IMG/VR virus record: IMGVR_UViG_3300033069_001247
Span: 1 to 64,000 of that record
Source: a virus
Taxonomy: Duplodnaviria; Caudoviricetes
Strand: one strand, 5' to 3'
DNA length: 64,000 nt
Each line of letters starts with the position of its first letter. The stretch's first letter is position 1. The notes below the pieces were generated by a model. The model did not search any database, was not told where the DNA came from, and was given only the letters and a program-made list of their open reading frames with translations. Of the stretch, positions 52,214 through 62,291 are shown piece after piece. Position numbers and translations under genes: made by a program.

Positions 52214-53440
52214 ATGAACTCCCCGCTTCAACCTCGTGCCGTGCCGCGACCTGTCCCTGGGCAGCCGCAGCTCAACAAACTTCCCGACAGTGAATTGCCG
52301 GGCGAAGGCCGCCATCCATTCGTCGCCGGTCGCGTGCATATGACGGAGATGGCCCGCAAAGGTCTGGAAAGCGTTGGCTGGAAGGACGGCGACCCGATTC
52401 CCGACGATCTGGGTGTCCGACTGCGTGAAATCCAGTCAGAGGTACTCCGGGAGCGGGAAACGGTCCGGCTGCAGGACACCGAACTGGCCAAGGACTGGAA
52501 ACCGCCTGTGGCTTCGTTCGTAGACATCACAGCCTTACCTCCCGAGAAGCAGGAAGAGATCAAAGAATACCTGCAGAGCCACAAGGTCGAGGTAGCAGAG
52601 CAGGCTGAACGGCTCCGTCAAAACGAAGAGATCGATAAAGCCATCCCACCAAACATCCAAGGTGAAGAGCGGGAAGCATTGCGAGCCCAGATGATCAACA
52701 GTCAGGCCGCGGCCGCGCAACGGGCGTCAAAAGAGTCTGGGGTCGACGTTGTTGTAGTTGATGATCGCGACACGGCACCCGCTGACCCGCAACGACCAGC
52801 CCCGAAGACAACAGCCCCGGTCGCACAACCCCAGTCATCAGCTGTCACAGTCATCGACGAACCAGCCAGCACAGGGCTACCCGCATACGCAGCCAACTGC
52901 CCCCGCTGCAAATGGCCAACAGATAAACCCTGCAATGTAGAGCCTACAATCGCAGACAAGCGAACGTTCCTTGTTGCCGTTATGGGCTTGAAGCGTTTCG
53001 AGAAAACGTACACGCTCTTCGACGGACAGATCACAGTCACGTTCCGCAGCCTGTCGAGTGAAGAAACAGCGATGATTCAAACACAGCTCGGGGCAATGAA
53101 CCGAACTGGGGAAGTGATAGGTGACGCCGAGTTCTGGGCCTACCTGATTGAATACCGCCTGATTCTGTCCACGGCAGTGATCACCATGGGTGGTAATATC
53201 CTGTACCAGGTCGAGGACATCGTAAAGTGGGCCAAGGAAAACCCGCCTACCGCTGATGACAAACTCACAGCGACACCGCTTCCACGATATTGCGATCATT
53301 TCTACAAGAAGATTGCCCTGCAGGAAACGATGCGGCGGGTCATTGGTCTGCAGCACGCAGAGTTTCAGCGACTGGTGGAGGCACTTGAGGCGTTGACGAG
53401 TGTTCCGGATTTTTGGAAAGGGATCGGACCGCTCGCCTGA
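52214..53440 (+). CDS. Tail assembly chaperone-like protein (gpG-like)
   Basis: Upstream of tape measure; FEKTYTLFDGQITVTFRSLSSEE pattern; ends ...VPDFWKG over a slippery site. Confidence 0.55.
   Translation: MNSPLQPRAVPRPVPGQPQLNKLPDSELPGEGRHPFVAGRVHMTEMARKGLESVGWKDGDPIPDDLGVRLREIQSEVLRERETVRLQDTELAKDWKPPVASFVDITALPPEKQEEIKEYLQSHKVEVAEQAERLRQNEEIDKAIPPNIQGEEREALRAQMINSQAAAAQRASKESGVDVVVVDDRDTAPADPQRPAPKTTAPVAQPQSSAVTVIDEPASTGLPAYAANCPRCKWPTDKPCNVEPTIADKRTFLVAVMGLKRFEKTYTLFDGQITVTFRSLSSEETAMIQTQLGAMNRTGEVIGDAEFWAYLIEYRLILSTAVITMGGNILYQVEDIVKWAKENPPTADDKLTATPLPRYCDHFYKKIALQETMRRVIGLQHAEFQRLVEALEALTSVPDFWKGIGPLA
53407..53413 (+). promoter_or_regulatory. Predicted -1 ribosomal frameshift heptamer G GAT TTT
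   Basis: In-frame with the upstream ORF (CCG GAT TTT TGG); the -1 frame is open from 53389 into the 53440..53913 ORF. Confidence 0.6.
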
Positions 53441-53913
53441 TGGTGAGAGCTGCCACATCCGGAATGATCGATTTCGGATCGTTTGATCCCCGTGACAAGT
53501 GGTGTTGGAAACGATTGAACTGGGTGCTGGCCGAGCTGGACACCCAGCAGACGCTACGTATCGCTGAAATCGAACACCGTCACTGGGTGACGCTGGCAGC
53601 CAGCAACCGCTTGACGAATGAGTCTTTCGACAATGTCAAAGCTCACGCCACCGCAGCGATGAACCGTGTCCTGAAAGCGACATACCCGTGGAATGCCGAT
53701 AAAATCGGTGAAGCCGGGCTGCAGACAGAACGCGAAGACGCCGTCAAGACTTACCAAACTGTGTTTGGTAAACCTGGCGATCCACGTTACGAAGCGATGA
53801 TTGACACACTGCTCAGGGAATCGAAGCAGCCGCCAATGACAGCACGACAACGGGCACAGCATCGTGAACGTCGTCGTAAACAACGGGAAGAAGAACTAAA
53901 GAACAGGGGCTGA
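53440..53913 (+). CDS. Tail assembly chaperone second ORF (gpT-like)
   Basis: -1 frame relative to the upstream ORF; also has a TGATG-coupled ATG; ends 1 nt before the tape measure start. Confidence 0.55.
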   Translation: MVRAATSGMIDFGSFDPRDKWCWKRLNWVLAELDTQQTLRIAEIEHRHWVTLAASNRLTNESFDNVKAHATAAMNRVLKATYPWNADKIGEAGLQTEREDAVKTYQTVFGKPGDPRYEAMIDTLLRESKQPPMTARQRAQHRERRRKQREEELKNRG

Positions 53914-53914
53914 G

Positions 53915-56900
53915 ATGTCGGAATACGTAACAGTGTGGCCAGGGAGTGAGCCGCCGCCCGGATACGCGCCGATGTCTGCGATGCAAGCCATGCACGGGCG
54001 GCAGCCTATGTTTGCAGCAGATCCAGGACCGCGATACACCGGGCCGTTTAATACGGGGACACCTGCGGACGGCATCATGCACATGCTGTTGCCACAACTC
54101 CTACAGATGATGACGCAGGGTCGGCACATGCCAGCCCAGTTCTTCCCCCAGCAGCAGCTGTACGATCAGCGTGAAGCCACGCGATATTTCAACGCCAGTC
54201 AGCAAGCAATGGCAGTGGCTGCCCGACGGGACGCGGGTACGGTCAACGACATGCTCGGTGGTCTGACCGAGATGATGACAGGTCGACCGCTAACTGATGT
54301 GCAGCGTTCCCGTAACTTTCGCATGGCCAGCGGCGTCTCGCAATTCACGCCGCTACTGATCAACATGCTGGGTCCGGATCTGGTCGACCAGTTGCACGGT
54401 ACCCGGGGCTCCGCCACCGTGCTGTCGCAGCAGCTGCACAATGCCATGCGGACGGCAATTGACCCTATCTCCCACACCGTCGGTTACTCCGGGGAATCTG
54501 CCGGTCGACTTTCGCAGGAGATCTTCGAGCGGAATTTCGGGAAGGGTGCTGACCTGGGAGTCATGAAGGGGATGTCTGCAGGTCAGGCGGGTATCCTGGT
54601 CAACGAGCTGCAAGCCCGCGGTATGCTGGGGCGACCCATGGGTTTGCTCTCTGTGGATGAACAACGATCCTTGCTACCGCGTACATTGCGTGACGACACG
54701 ATTTCCCGGCTGGCGGAGACGCTGCCTGAGATTCAGGAGATCCTCAAAAGCGGAGGTACTCCCAACGAAAATGCATTGACGGAGGCTAAGGCCAAAATCC
54801 GGGAGACGCACAAGAAGCTGACAGATCCGACTGTCCAATTCACCGCAAAAGACCTGAAGGATTACGATAAGCTGCCGGGTGGCGAAGAGATCATCCGCGC
54901 TGGTGATGCGGACCGGATCGCCGATCGGCTGAAGAATATGTCTGGCGTTGTGCGGGCAATGCGAGACATTTTCGGCGACATGGGGAATCCGAACGCCCCG
55001 ATGCGGGACATCATCAACGGACTGGAAGAACTGACTCAGAATGGGTTGGCCACCATGTCTGCCGGACAACTGGAGATGATGGTCCGCCGAACACACAACA
55101 TCGCCAAGCAAACTGGTATCGGTGTGCAGGGGATGATGGGACTGATGGCTGGCGGTGCCGCGATGAGTGATAGACTCGGTCTCGATCGCAGCTACGTACC
55201 TATGATCGCCCAGCAGTCCGCGTTATTCGGTGCTGCTGCCGGAGATCACCTACGCCTGGATATTCCGGTATGGGGTGCCGCCTCAAAAGAACAACTGCTG
55301 CTCACTGATCAGCAGTTACGCACACACGCTTCAGCGTCACCGTTGGCTAACCAGTTGAATGCAACACTGCGCATGATGGATACCGGAATCGCAACACCAG
55401 ATGCCGGTACAGAGCTGGCAGCCATGATGCAGGCTGTAAAACTGGGACAGACAGAGTACACGCATGACGGCAAAACCAACAGCATTTTAATGTCGCACAA
55501 CCGTCTGCTGCAGATGCTGAAGCGGGATGCAGGCGTCGGGGCTACCGAAGCCTACGCCGTCATGTCTGACATCCAAGGGAATCAAGAGTACGGTCCGAAG
55601 TACAACACGCCGGATCTGGTCCGTCGGATCATGCCCCAGGAAGCAGTACGTAAGTTACTGCAGCCAATGATCGGCAGTCGGCTGCGTGGGCTGTTCAACG
55701 ACTCGGGTATGTCCGAGACGCTCAAGGAAACCGGCGTCGCAGACAACGAAAAAGAACTACGAGAGTTGACCCTGCGCCTCGGTCAGGGTGTCGGGACCGA
55801 TTGGAGAAACATGGATTCAGCCACCAATCGTGATCCTGCTGCCAAGCAGGCCTATCTGGGTGCGTCACTGCGGAAACGCTTATGGGGTGAGATCCGCGCG
55901 AAGTATCCGAATGCTACCGAAGCAGAGATCGACGCAATGACTGACCGCAACATCGAAAAGCTCGGCGGTGCCAAGGGTCTGTCTGATGCGGGTAGTGTGA
56001 TCCAGGCCACGATCAACCAGGCTGCCAGTACGAACCCAGCGTTTCGCACAGAGGTACAGATGTTCGGCGTGATGAACATGGCGACGATGGGGCAGGCAGC
56101 AGCCCGAGGACGACAGGCCGAGATTGCAGGGCTTACACAGTCAGCAATGGCGGGGTTGGGGACAGCTGATCCCATTCGCCGATTATCTGATGCGTTCCAG
56201 AACGCCAACAAGGACACGCCGTTCGGAGAGGTCGTGGTACAGGGATTGGGTGCGGTTAATGTTGACGCTGTGAATGCCGCTGACCCTCAAGGTCCGCTGG
56301 CCCAGATATTCGGTCTTGTACAGGCCAATAAAGATCTGGACGCCAATGACCCGAAGCAACTGGAGCAGGCTCGCCGGAACTCAGCAATGCTGCAAGGGCT
56401 TATCAACGGCGGAGCGACAGCAGCGGCACAATTGAAGCTACTGGATGCGGCTGAAGCTGCAGGTCAACCAAAAAATGAACTGCTCCGCCGACATCTCGAG
56501 GCGGCGTCAAAACGGGACAGTAATACCAGTCTGTTAGGGGACCTGGGTTACTCGCTCAGTGCCAACGTCTCGATAGACCAGATCGCGGCCATTCAGGACA
56601 GCGGTAAAGATATGCGTCGTGTTCTGTCCGATGATGCGGCATCTGCTGCCGACCGTACAGCGGTGGCGACAAAGTACCTGCTGGGCTCAAAGGAACGCGC
56701 GAAACAACTCCTCAATGACGAACGGTCAATGGAGATCATCGGCCAAGGCGGTTTAGCACTGGTGCAGGGTACGATTGCTGACGTAGACCGGATTCAGGAG
56801 CTGGTGAAAACCCAGTCTGAAGCGACCGGTCACGCTATCACATTTGATGACATCCTTTCTGGTAAAAATGGCGTCAGTGACGACGCTCATAGCGAAGCCA

Positions 56901-57634
56901 TGAAGATCCAGGATCGGATGGACAGTAACTGGAAGGAGATTGCCAAACGTCGCGGTTACGCCATGTTGCCCGGAAAGGGTGACGATCCGGAGAACAAGAA
57001 CCGGGCGGCAATGACCGAACAAGAAAAGGAGGACCTGGGTAAGTACAACGCGTTCAATGCGCAGTACAGCACACCGGAGGAACGGGCATCCGCCGCTGTG
57101 GAAGGGCTGCTGGCAATCGCCTCTGTGGACCAGCGGGCGAGAATGGCCACCGATGTCAACCGCAAAGAACTTGTGGATGAGATGACCAAGGGTGACCGTG
57201 GTCGATCGATGTTCCAGGCTATCCACGGACGACAAGAACTCCTGGAGCTGGGCATCAAAAAAGGTGTCTTCAACGGTAAGACCCGTCTCGATGAACTGAC
57301 AGATGCCGAAGAAGCCGAAGTAATGAAGCGACTGGAAAAGGCGAACCTGAGTGAGTCCGAACGCGCAGACATGGAACGGCATCGTCGAGACGCAGCGATT
57401 CTGGACGGATTTGGTGATGAGACACAGTCTGCCAATACCGCCACAGCCGATACCGTCAAACGAATACGGCAGGCACCGGCCAGTATGCCTGACCACGCAC
57501 CGACCAACGCCGACAAGAAAGTGGAAATGGTGATGACTGGTTCGGTCGATATCCGCGAAGATGGTAAGGCGGACATCAAGCTGGAAGGAGCAAGCCTTTG
57601 GAGTGCGTTCACTAATGCGATGGGGGTCACGTAA
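53915..57634 (+). CDS. Tape measure protein
   Basis: 1239 aa, Ala/Gly/Met-rich and helical, after the chaperone pair and before baseplate genes. Confidence 0.75.
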   Translation: MSEYVTVWPGSEPPPGYAPMSAMQAMHGRQPMFAADPGPRYTGPFNTGTPADGIMHMLLPQLLQMMTQGRHMPAQFFPQQQLYDQREATRYFNASQQAMAVAARRDAGTVNDMLGGLTEMMTGRPLTDVQRSRNFRMASGVSQFTPLLINMLGPDLVDQLHGTRGSATVLSQQLHNAMRTAIDPISHTVGYSGESAGRLSQEIFERNFGKGADLGVMKGMSAGQAGILVNELQARGMLGRPMGLLSVDEQRSLLPRTLRDDTISRLAETLPEIQEILKSGGTPNENALTEAKAKIRETHKKLTDPTVQFTAKDLKDYDKLPGGEEIIRAGDADRIADRLKNMSGVVRAMRDIFGDMGNPNAPMRDIINGLEELTQNGLATMSAGQLEMMVRRTHNIAKQTGIGVQGMMGLMAGGAAMSDRLGLDRSYVPMIAQQSALFGAAAGDHLRLDIPVWGAASKEQLLLTDQQLRTHASASPLANQLNATLRMMDTGIATPDAGTELAAMMQAVKLGQTEYTHDGKTNSILMSHNRLLQMLKRDAGVGATEAYAVMSDIQGNQEYGPKYNTPDLVRRIMPQEAVRKLLQPMIGSRLRGLFNDSGMSETLKETGVADNEKELRELTLRLGQGVGTDWRNMDSATNRDPAAKQAYLGASLRKRLWGEIRAKYPNATEAEIDAMTDRNIEKLGGAKGLSDAGSVIQATINQAASTNPAFRTEVQMFGVMNMATMGQAAARGRQAEIAGLTQSAMAGLGTADPIRRLSDAFQNANKDTPFGEVVVQGLGAVNVDAVNAADPQGPLAQIFGLVQANKDLDANDPKQLEQARRNSAMLQGLINGGATAAAQLKLLDAAEAAGQPKNELLRRHLEAASKRDSNTSLLGDLGYSLSANVSIDQIAAIQDSGKDMRRVLSDDAASAADRTAVATKYLLGSKERAKQLLNDERSMEIIGQGGLALVQGTIADVDRIQELVKTQSEATGHAITFDDILSGKNGVSDDAHSEAMKIQDRMDSNWKEIAKRRGYAMLPGKGDDPENKNRAAMTEQEKEDLGKYNAFNAQYSTPEERASAAVEGLLAIASVDQRARMATDVNRKELVDEMTKGDRGRSMFQAIHGRQELLELGIKKGVFNGKTRLDELTDAEEAEVMKRLEKANLSESERADMERHRRDAAILDGFGDETQSANTATADTVKRIRQAPASMPDHAPTNADKKVEMVMTGSVDIREDGKADIKLEGASLWSAFTNAMGVT

Positions 57635-58113
57635 TGCCAGCATTCTTCTCACAGCAGCGTGGTACCGTCGTACGCGTGGGCAACCCAGCCAACGTGCCGG
57701 GCGGCCCGACACCGTTTCGTATTGTCATCCCTGAACTGGACGGAATCACTGGCTTTGATGCCAGCGCCATCGTCACACAGGGTGGTATCATGGAACGCGG
57801 TGGGTTCCAGTTTACGCACACGCTGGCGGAGACCATCTATGCCTTCATCTTTGGTGATCGCATTGGAGAACTGCGGATTGGCGGTATCTGCTTCGCCAAT
57901 TTCTGCAATGGCAAACAAAGCGGAATGCAACAGGTGTTACAGGCTTATCACGCACATAAACTGTCGGTACGGGGCCGGGCACTGCCTGTGGACTTCGGCG
58001 GCATCATTTACAAAGGGTTCCTGACAGGTTGCAATCTGGAAGTATCAGACCCCGAGCGGAACCTCGGGCAATGGGTGATGCAGTTCAATACGTTCCCCGG
58101 GAAGGTGAAATGA
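57634..58113 (+). CDS. Tube-initiator-like baseplate protein
   Basis: 159 aa; FQFTHTLAETIYAFIFGDRIGELRIGG resembles the tube fold. Confidence 0.5.
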   Translation: MPAFFSQQRGTVVRVGNPANVPGGPTPFRIVIPELDGITGFDASAIVTQGGIMERGGFQFTHTLAETIYAFIFGDRIGELRIGGICFANFCNGKQSGMQQVLQAYHAHKLSVRGRALPVDFGGIIYKGFLTGCNLEVSDPERNLGQWVMQFNTFPGKVK

Positions 58114-58883
58114 TCAATCACGTACGCACGCTACTGATGAACCAACCACGGGGTAGCTACCGCGTCACCGATCCGGGCGAGGAGTACATCAGTCCGCGTT
58201 TCATTGCAGCGGTATGGCCCACTGCTTTACAGCTGTTTCGTAATACGCTGTTTGGCGCGCATCCTGATCGACTGTTTATCAATTTTCGCATGCGACAGCT
58301 CATGCAATTGATTCACAGTACGGAACTGGCAGATGATGTTACCAAAGACGATCTACGGCTGACTTATCTGCCGTTCAACGATGATATGTTTGCGGATGTG
58401 TTTGGTGTGACCATCGAACAGCCTGCCGAACAGAACGGCAACCTGACATTGCTGGGTCAGCCTGCGGCTGACGAGCACAACGGACGGACCACGTCGATCT
58501 GGCACTTGGCGATCGACACAACCAGTGTTGACGTAACCCCGCTGGGGGCGGGCATGGTCACAGTACCAATACAAGATTCCACTATCCTGCTACCGGGCAC
58601 ATCATTGCGTGTGACCACACATATGATGACTCCAGACATGACCGCGAAGATCACAGTACGTGCAAAGCCGATGACGGCGATCAATGCCTTGCTGGATCAG
58701 GCAATCGCCGTCATCGGTGGCCGCGGTATCGAGACTGTTTTTCCTTACCAGGCCCCGGACAGAGTACAGACCTGGAAACGGATATTCTTAAACCACCCCA
58801 GCACTATCATGCGACAAGCGGCATTCCTGCTCGGACTGGCTGCGTGCGTAAGTCGACTGTCTCGGGAGACTGCTAGTGTCTAG
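58110..58883 (+). CDS. Hypothetical baseplate-region protein
   Basis: ATGA-coupled start; position in the baseplate block. Confidence 0.5.
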   Translation: MINHVRTLLMNQPRGSYRVTDPGEEYISPRFIAAVWPTALQLFRNTLFGAHPDRLFINFRMRQLMQLIHSTELADDVTKDDLRLTYLPFNDDMFADVFGVTIEQPAEQNGNLTLLGQPAADEHNGRTTSIWHLAIDTTSVDVTPLGAGMVTVPIQDSTILLPGTSLRVTTHMMTPDMTAKITVRAKPMTAINALLDQAIAVIGGRGIETVFPYQAPDRVQTWKRIFLNHPSTIMRQAAFLLGLAACVSRLSRETASV

Positions 58884-60507
58884 TCACGCCGTCATCAAGG
58901 TAAAGAATACCCGGGCCGTGATCGGCAAGCATACGTTCAATGACGTGGTGCAGTACGTATCCGGCTGGGGATTGAACAGTATTCCGATGGCATCACTACA
59001 GGTGGCTGTTGGTCGTAATGTCAACGGCAATGCACTGGCAAAAATTCATCACGCTGCCAAGGACTTGCGGAATCAGCAAAAGGCAGAAGTCTATGTGACC
59101 TTTGAAGTCACTGATGTGGAAGATGCCGATCCAGGTGTCGAGACAGGCGAGATCAAAGTTTTTGAGGGAACTGTTGTCGGTACTGGCTGGCAGCGGGGTC
59201 CTAATGGTGGTTACTTCACGATCAACCTGTTGCATTGGTTAGGTGAACTCAACAACTCATCAGCTATCTCGGCATCGCTACATCCTGGTTGTCCGGCAGA
59301 CATGACATTCCCGGCTGTGTTTCCGGCGTTCGGATTGAACACGACAACACCGAAGGTCACACCGATTCCATCGTTCGTTCCAGATATCAGCGGTGATGTG
59401 GCTGGTGGTTTTGATGACCTCTGGGGCAATGTGTTTTTACCGTGGCTGAATACGATCGCCAGCGATGACGCTTTCGATCGGGCTTATGATGACGCCAATG
59501 CGAAAGGGAACCCTAACGTTATTGCAGCGCTTAAACGGATGGTGGTGAACGCAGACGGGACACCGTTAGCTGTTGATCTGAACGGAGCCTCTGCAGCAGT
59601 CTTTGCTGATTCGCTACGACTGGCGCTGGTCAACGAGATCGGCAGCAACTGGATCAACACGACGCTCTGGGGCAAGATTATCGGTGAATGGGCACCGGCT
59701 TACTGGTTCTCTGTTGTACCCCGCGTAGAAGACGCCTTGGTTGTACCGTTTACAGGGGGCCTGCAGGGAGCGCCATGGGCCGTCATTGGTGACGAAGATT
59801 ATGACAGCGCGGACATGAACGCACAGCTGCAGCAAGTGCTGCGTGGTGTCAGCATTGTGCATCCTATCACGACATCCACATCATTCGATCTTAATCTCGG
59901 CATACCACAAGCATCCCGCAGTGGGGCACTGGGTATCTACCAGCCCGACGATATCAAAACAGGTATGATCCTGTTCAAAGATGCACCAAAGTGGCTCTGC
60001 AATACCAACGTCGCCCACTTGATGTCGGCAGACGCTGAAGGGGTGTTGGATGCTGAAGTCACAACCGCTTTGGATGAGATCAATTCTGCTGCCGTTACAA
60101 ACCGCAGAGACGAGGCCAACGACCTGGGACTGCTTCGTAATGTAGCCTCCGCATATGCTCACCAGTGGTATGTACTGGAGTCACTGAAAGGCAGAACAGG
60201 TGAGGTTGCCGGTAAATTGCGATTCGATATCGCCCCGGGCTCCAACGTTCTGGTTGTGGCGGGAGGGGCCAAAAACGTCCCGGATGCTAAGAACGTCACG
60301 CAGAACATCTTTGCGACGGTAGTCCAGGTGTCGTACGTGATTAACGCTGAAACACGGCAAGCCGGTACGGCTTTCAGCTTGGCCCACATTCGCACAGAAG
60401 CAGAAAACGAATTGGAGTCTACGTCTGTCGCCAAGCCGCCGTTGTACCAGAAAGCCTGGTCTGGTGCTAAACTGGTCGTTGCAGCTCCTGGACCTGAAAA
60501 GGCGTAA
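58876..60507 (+). CDS. Baseplate hub-like protein (gp27/gpD-like)
   Basis: 543 aa; IKVFEGTVVG; C-terminal GEVAGKLRFDIAPGSNVLV...ATVVQVSYVI hub pattern. Confidence 0.55.
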   Translation: MSSHAVIKVKNTRAVIGKHTFNDVVQYVSGWGLNSIPMASLQVAVGRNVNGNALAKIHHAAKDLRNQQKAEVYVTFEVTDVEDADPGVETGEIKVFEGTVVGTGWQRGPNGGYFTINLLHWLGELNNSSAISASLHPGCPADMTFPAVFPAFGLNTTTPKVTPIPSFVPDISGDVAGGFDDLWGNVFLPWLNTIASDDAFDRAYDDANAKGNPNVIAALKRMVVNADGTPLAVDLNGASAAVFADSLRLALVNEIGSNWINTTLWGKIIGEWAPAYWFSVVPRVEDALVVPFTGGLQGAPWAVIGDEDYDSADMNAQLQQVLRGVSIVHPITTSTSFDLNLGIPQASRSGALGIYQPDDIKTGMILFKDAPKWLCNTNVAHLMSADAEGVLDAEVTTALDEINSAAVTNRRDEANDLGLLRNVASAYAHQWYVLESLKGRTGEVAGKLRFDIAPGSNVLVVAGGAKNVPDAKNVTQNIFATVVQVSYVINAETRQAGTAFSLAHIRTEAENELESTSVAKPPLYQKAWSGAKLVVAAPGPEKA

Positions 60508-61313
60508 TGATGCCATTCAAATCCATCATCGACCAATCACTACCATTCGCCTCCGAAGGTTCCAGCGATGCTACGCGGTTGGAGCCGGATTTCGCGGATG
60601 ATTTCCACGCATGGAAAGGCAATGACACACCAGTCACACGGGGAGCGTTGCTGAAACGAGTATCCCCGGTGATTGATCGCGCTGTGGTCTCCTACGCAGG
60701 AGCTGATGCCAGCCCTTCGGTACGCAGTCGTGCCAAGCTGATGACGCTACAGGCCTTCAAAACATACGACCCCGCCCGTGGAACTATGCGGACGCACCTG
60801 CTATCGCAATTGCAGGGTCTGCGACGTACGGCCGCGCAGAGCAATCAAATCATCTCTGTCCCTGAACGGGTAGCCCTGGATCGGCAGCATCTGCGAGAAG
60901 CAGAAGAAGAGCTACGTGATAAATTCGGGCGTGAGCCCAGCGACATGGAGGTCGCAAATTACACGGGGTTGTCGATGCGCCGTCTCGGGTACGTGCGGCA
61001 GGCCGCCCCGGGTACGAATACAGGGTCGATCCTGGACGAGGAGGGTGATGTCTACAGCCCGGCCTCTAATGTCCCGGGAGCACACAGCCAGGACGATGCA
61101 TGGGCAGACATGGTCTACTACGACCTGGGGGACACAGATCGCACGATCATGGAATACACTTTGGGTCTACGAGGGGCACCTGTGTTGTCCAACGTAGACC
61201 TTGCTGCAAAACTCGGTGTGTCACCTGGAGCCGTCAGCCAGCGGAAGGCCAAGATTCAGGCAATGCTGGACGCCAGATCTGAAATGGATCCTTTTGGAGG
61301 ACGTAATGCCTAA
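60507..61313 (+). CDS. Sigma-70 family RNA polymerase sigma factor
   Basis: Region 2 AFKTYDPARG, region 3 ISVPER...FGREPSDMEVA, region 4 LGDTDRTIMEYTLGL...LAAKLGVSPGAVSQ. Confidence 0.88.
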   Translation: MMPFKSIIDQSLPFASEGSSDATRLEPDFADDFHAWKGNDTPVTRGALLKRVSPVIDRAVVSYAGADASPSVRSRAKLMTLQAFKTYDPARGTMRTHLLSQLQGLRRTAAQSNQIISVPERVALDRQHLREAEEELRDKFGREPSDMEVANYTGLSMRRLGYVRQAAPGTNTGSILDEEGDVYSPASNVPGAHSQDDAWADMVYYDLGDTDRTIMEYTLGLRGAPVLSNVDLAAKLGVSPGAVSQRKAKIQAMLDARSEMDPFGGRNA

Positions 61314-61800
61314 CGCACCACAAGGAGGGAAGGCAGGGCAGAAACTGGGCGACATCCACGACGTATTCCGAAAACGGCTGAAAGAACTGCAATTGCAGGC
61401 GCAGCAAGCACAGAATGCGTTTCAGGGTCAGACACAACGGGAATGGCAGGTCCCTACGGAACTGCAGGGCAGCCTGCTTGACATTGCGAATCTGCATAAA
61501 CCTGCGTTCGATCGAACCAAGATCAACGACAATTACGAAGACGTGGTCAAAGATGCGTCAAAACCAGGCACGGTGGGTGATGTCATCGGTCTGCAACTAC
61601 AGGTTGACTACAACGCCTGTGAAGAGCGGGCGTTTCGCGCACGCAGTACGTCAATTTGTCGAGCAATGTGTTTAGGGCATGCCCGTCGCTTTGGGCAAGG
61701 CCACGGTAACCTGTGGGACGACAAGACAGGTATCGAAGCAGGAGTCAACGGATTTATCGCAGCTGGAGGTATCGCACCACCCGGAGGTGCCTCGTCATGA
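61306..61800 (+). CDS. Hypothetical protein
   Basis: ATG 61306 after GGAGG; helical, baseplate region. Confidence 0.55.
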   Translation: MPNAPQGGKAGQKLGDIHDVFRKRLKELQLQAQQAQNAFQGQTQREWQVPTELQGSLLDIANLHKPAFDRTKINDNYEDVVKDASKPGTVGDVIGLQLQVDYNACEERAFRARSTSICRAMCLGHARRFGQGHGNLWDDKTGIEAGVNGFIAAGGIAPPGGASS

Positions 61801-62282
61801 ACGCGGTTGATTACCTGAATCGTAAGTTCGATGTGTTGTCGTTTAATGGGGTGCAGCTGCACGGGCAACAGCCATTGCAGCAATCCCTGTTCAGCTTTGG
61901 CGACAGCGGCAGTGTGTGTACTGGAATCCAGAAGCTGGCACAACGCTGGTTGCTAGAGTTTCTGACCGAACAAGGGTCAATGGGTTTCCAGCTCAGCGGA
62001 CGTGGCAGTTCATTCATGACCTGGGTACGGCAAGGCCGTCTACGCTCTGAGTTCGACGTACAGACGTTCTTCAATTTTGCAGAGCTGCAGGTGCAGACCA
62101 ACCTGAAGGCAGAGGAAACAGACGACCAACCGGATGAAGAACGCTTCGACAGTGCAACGCTGTCGCAGATTCTTTTACTGGACGACAGTATCGGATTAGT
62201 TGTCTTGATTCGCAGTCGGGCCGGTGATACCCGAGAGATCATTCTGCCGATCAATATCACACCAGTGAACATGCAAGTATAG
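61797..62282 (+). CDS. Baseplate wedge gp25/gpW-like protein
   Basis: GIQKLAQRWLLEFLTEQGS...GSSF, and C-terminal LVVLIRSRAG pattern; directly before baseplate J. Confidence 0.7.
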   Translation: MNAVDYLNRKFDVLSFNGVQLHGQQPLQQSLFSFGDSGSVCTGIQKLAQRWLLEFLTEQGSMGFQLSGRGSSFMTWVRQGRLRSEFDVQTFFNFAELQVQTNLKAEETDDQPDEERFDSATLSQILLLDDSIGLVVLIRSRAGDTREIILPINITPVNMQV

Positions 62283-62291
62283 GAGTCTGCG

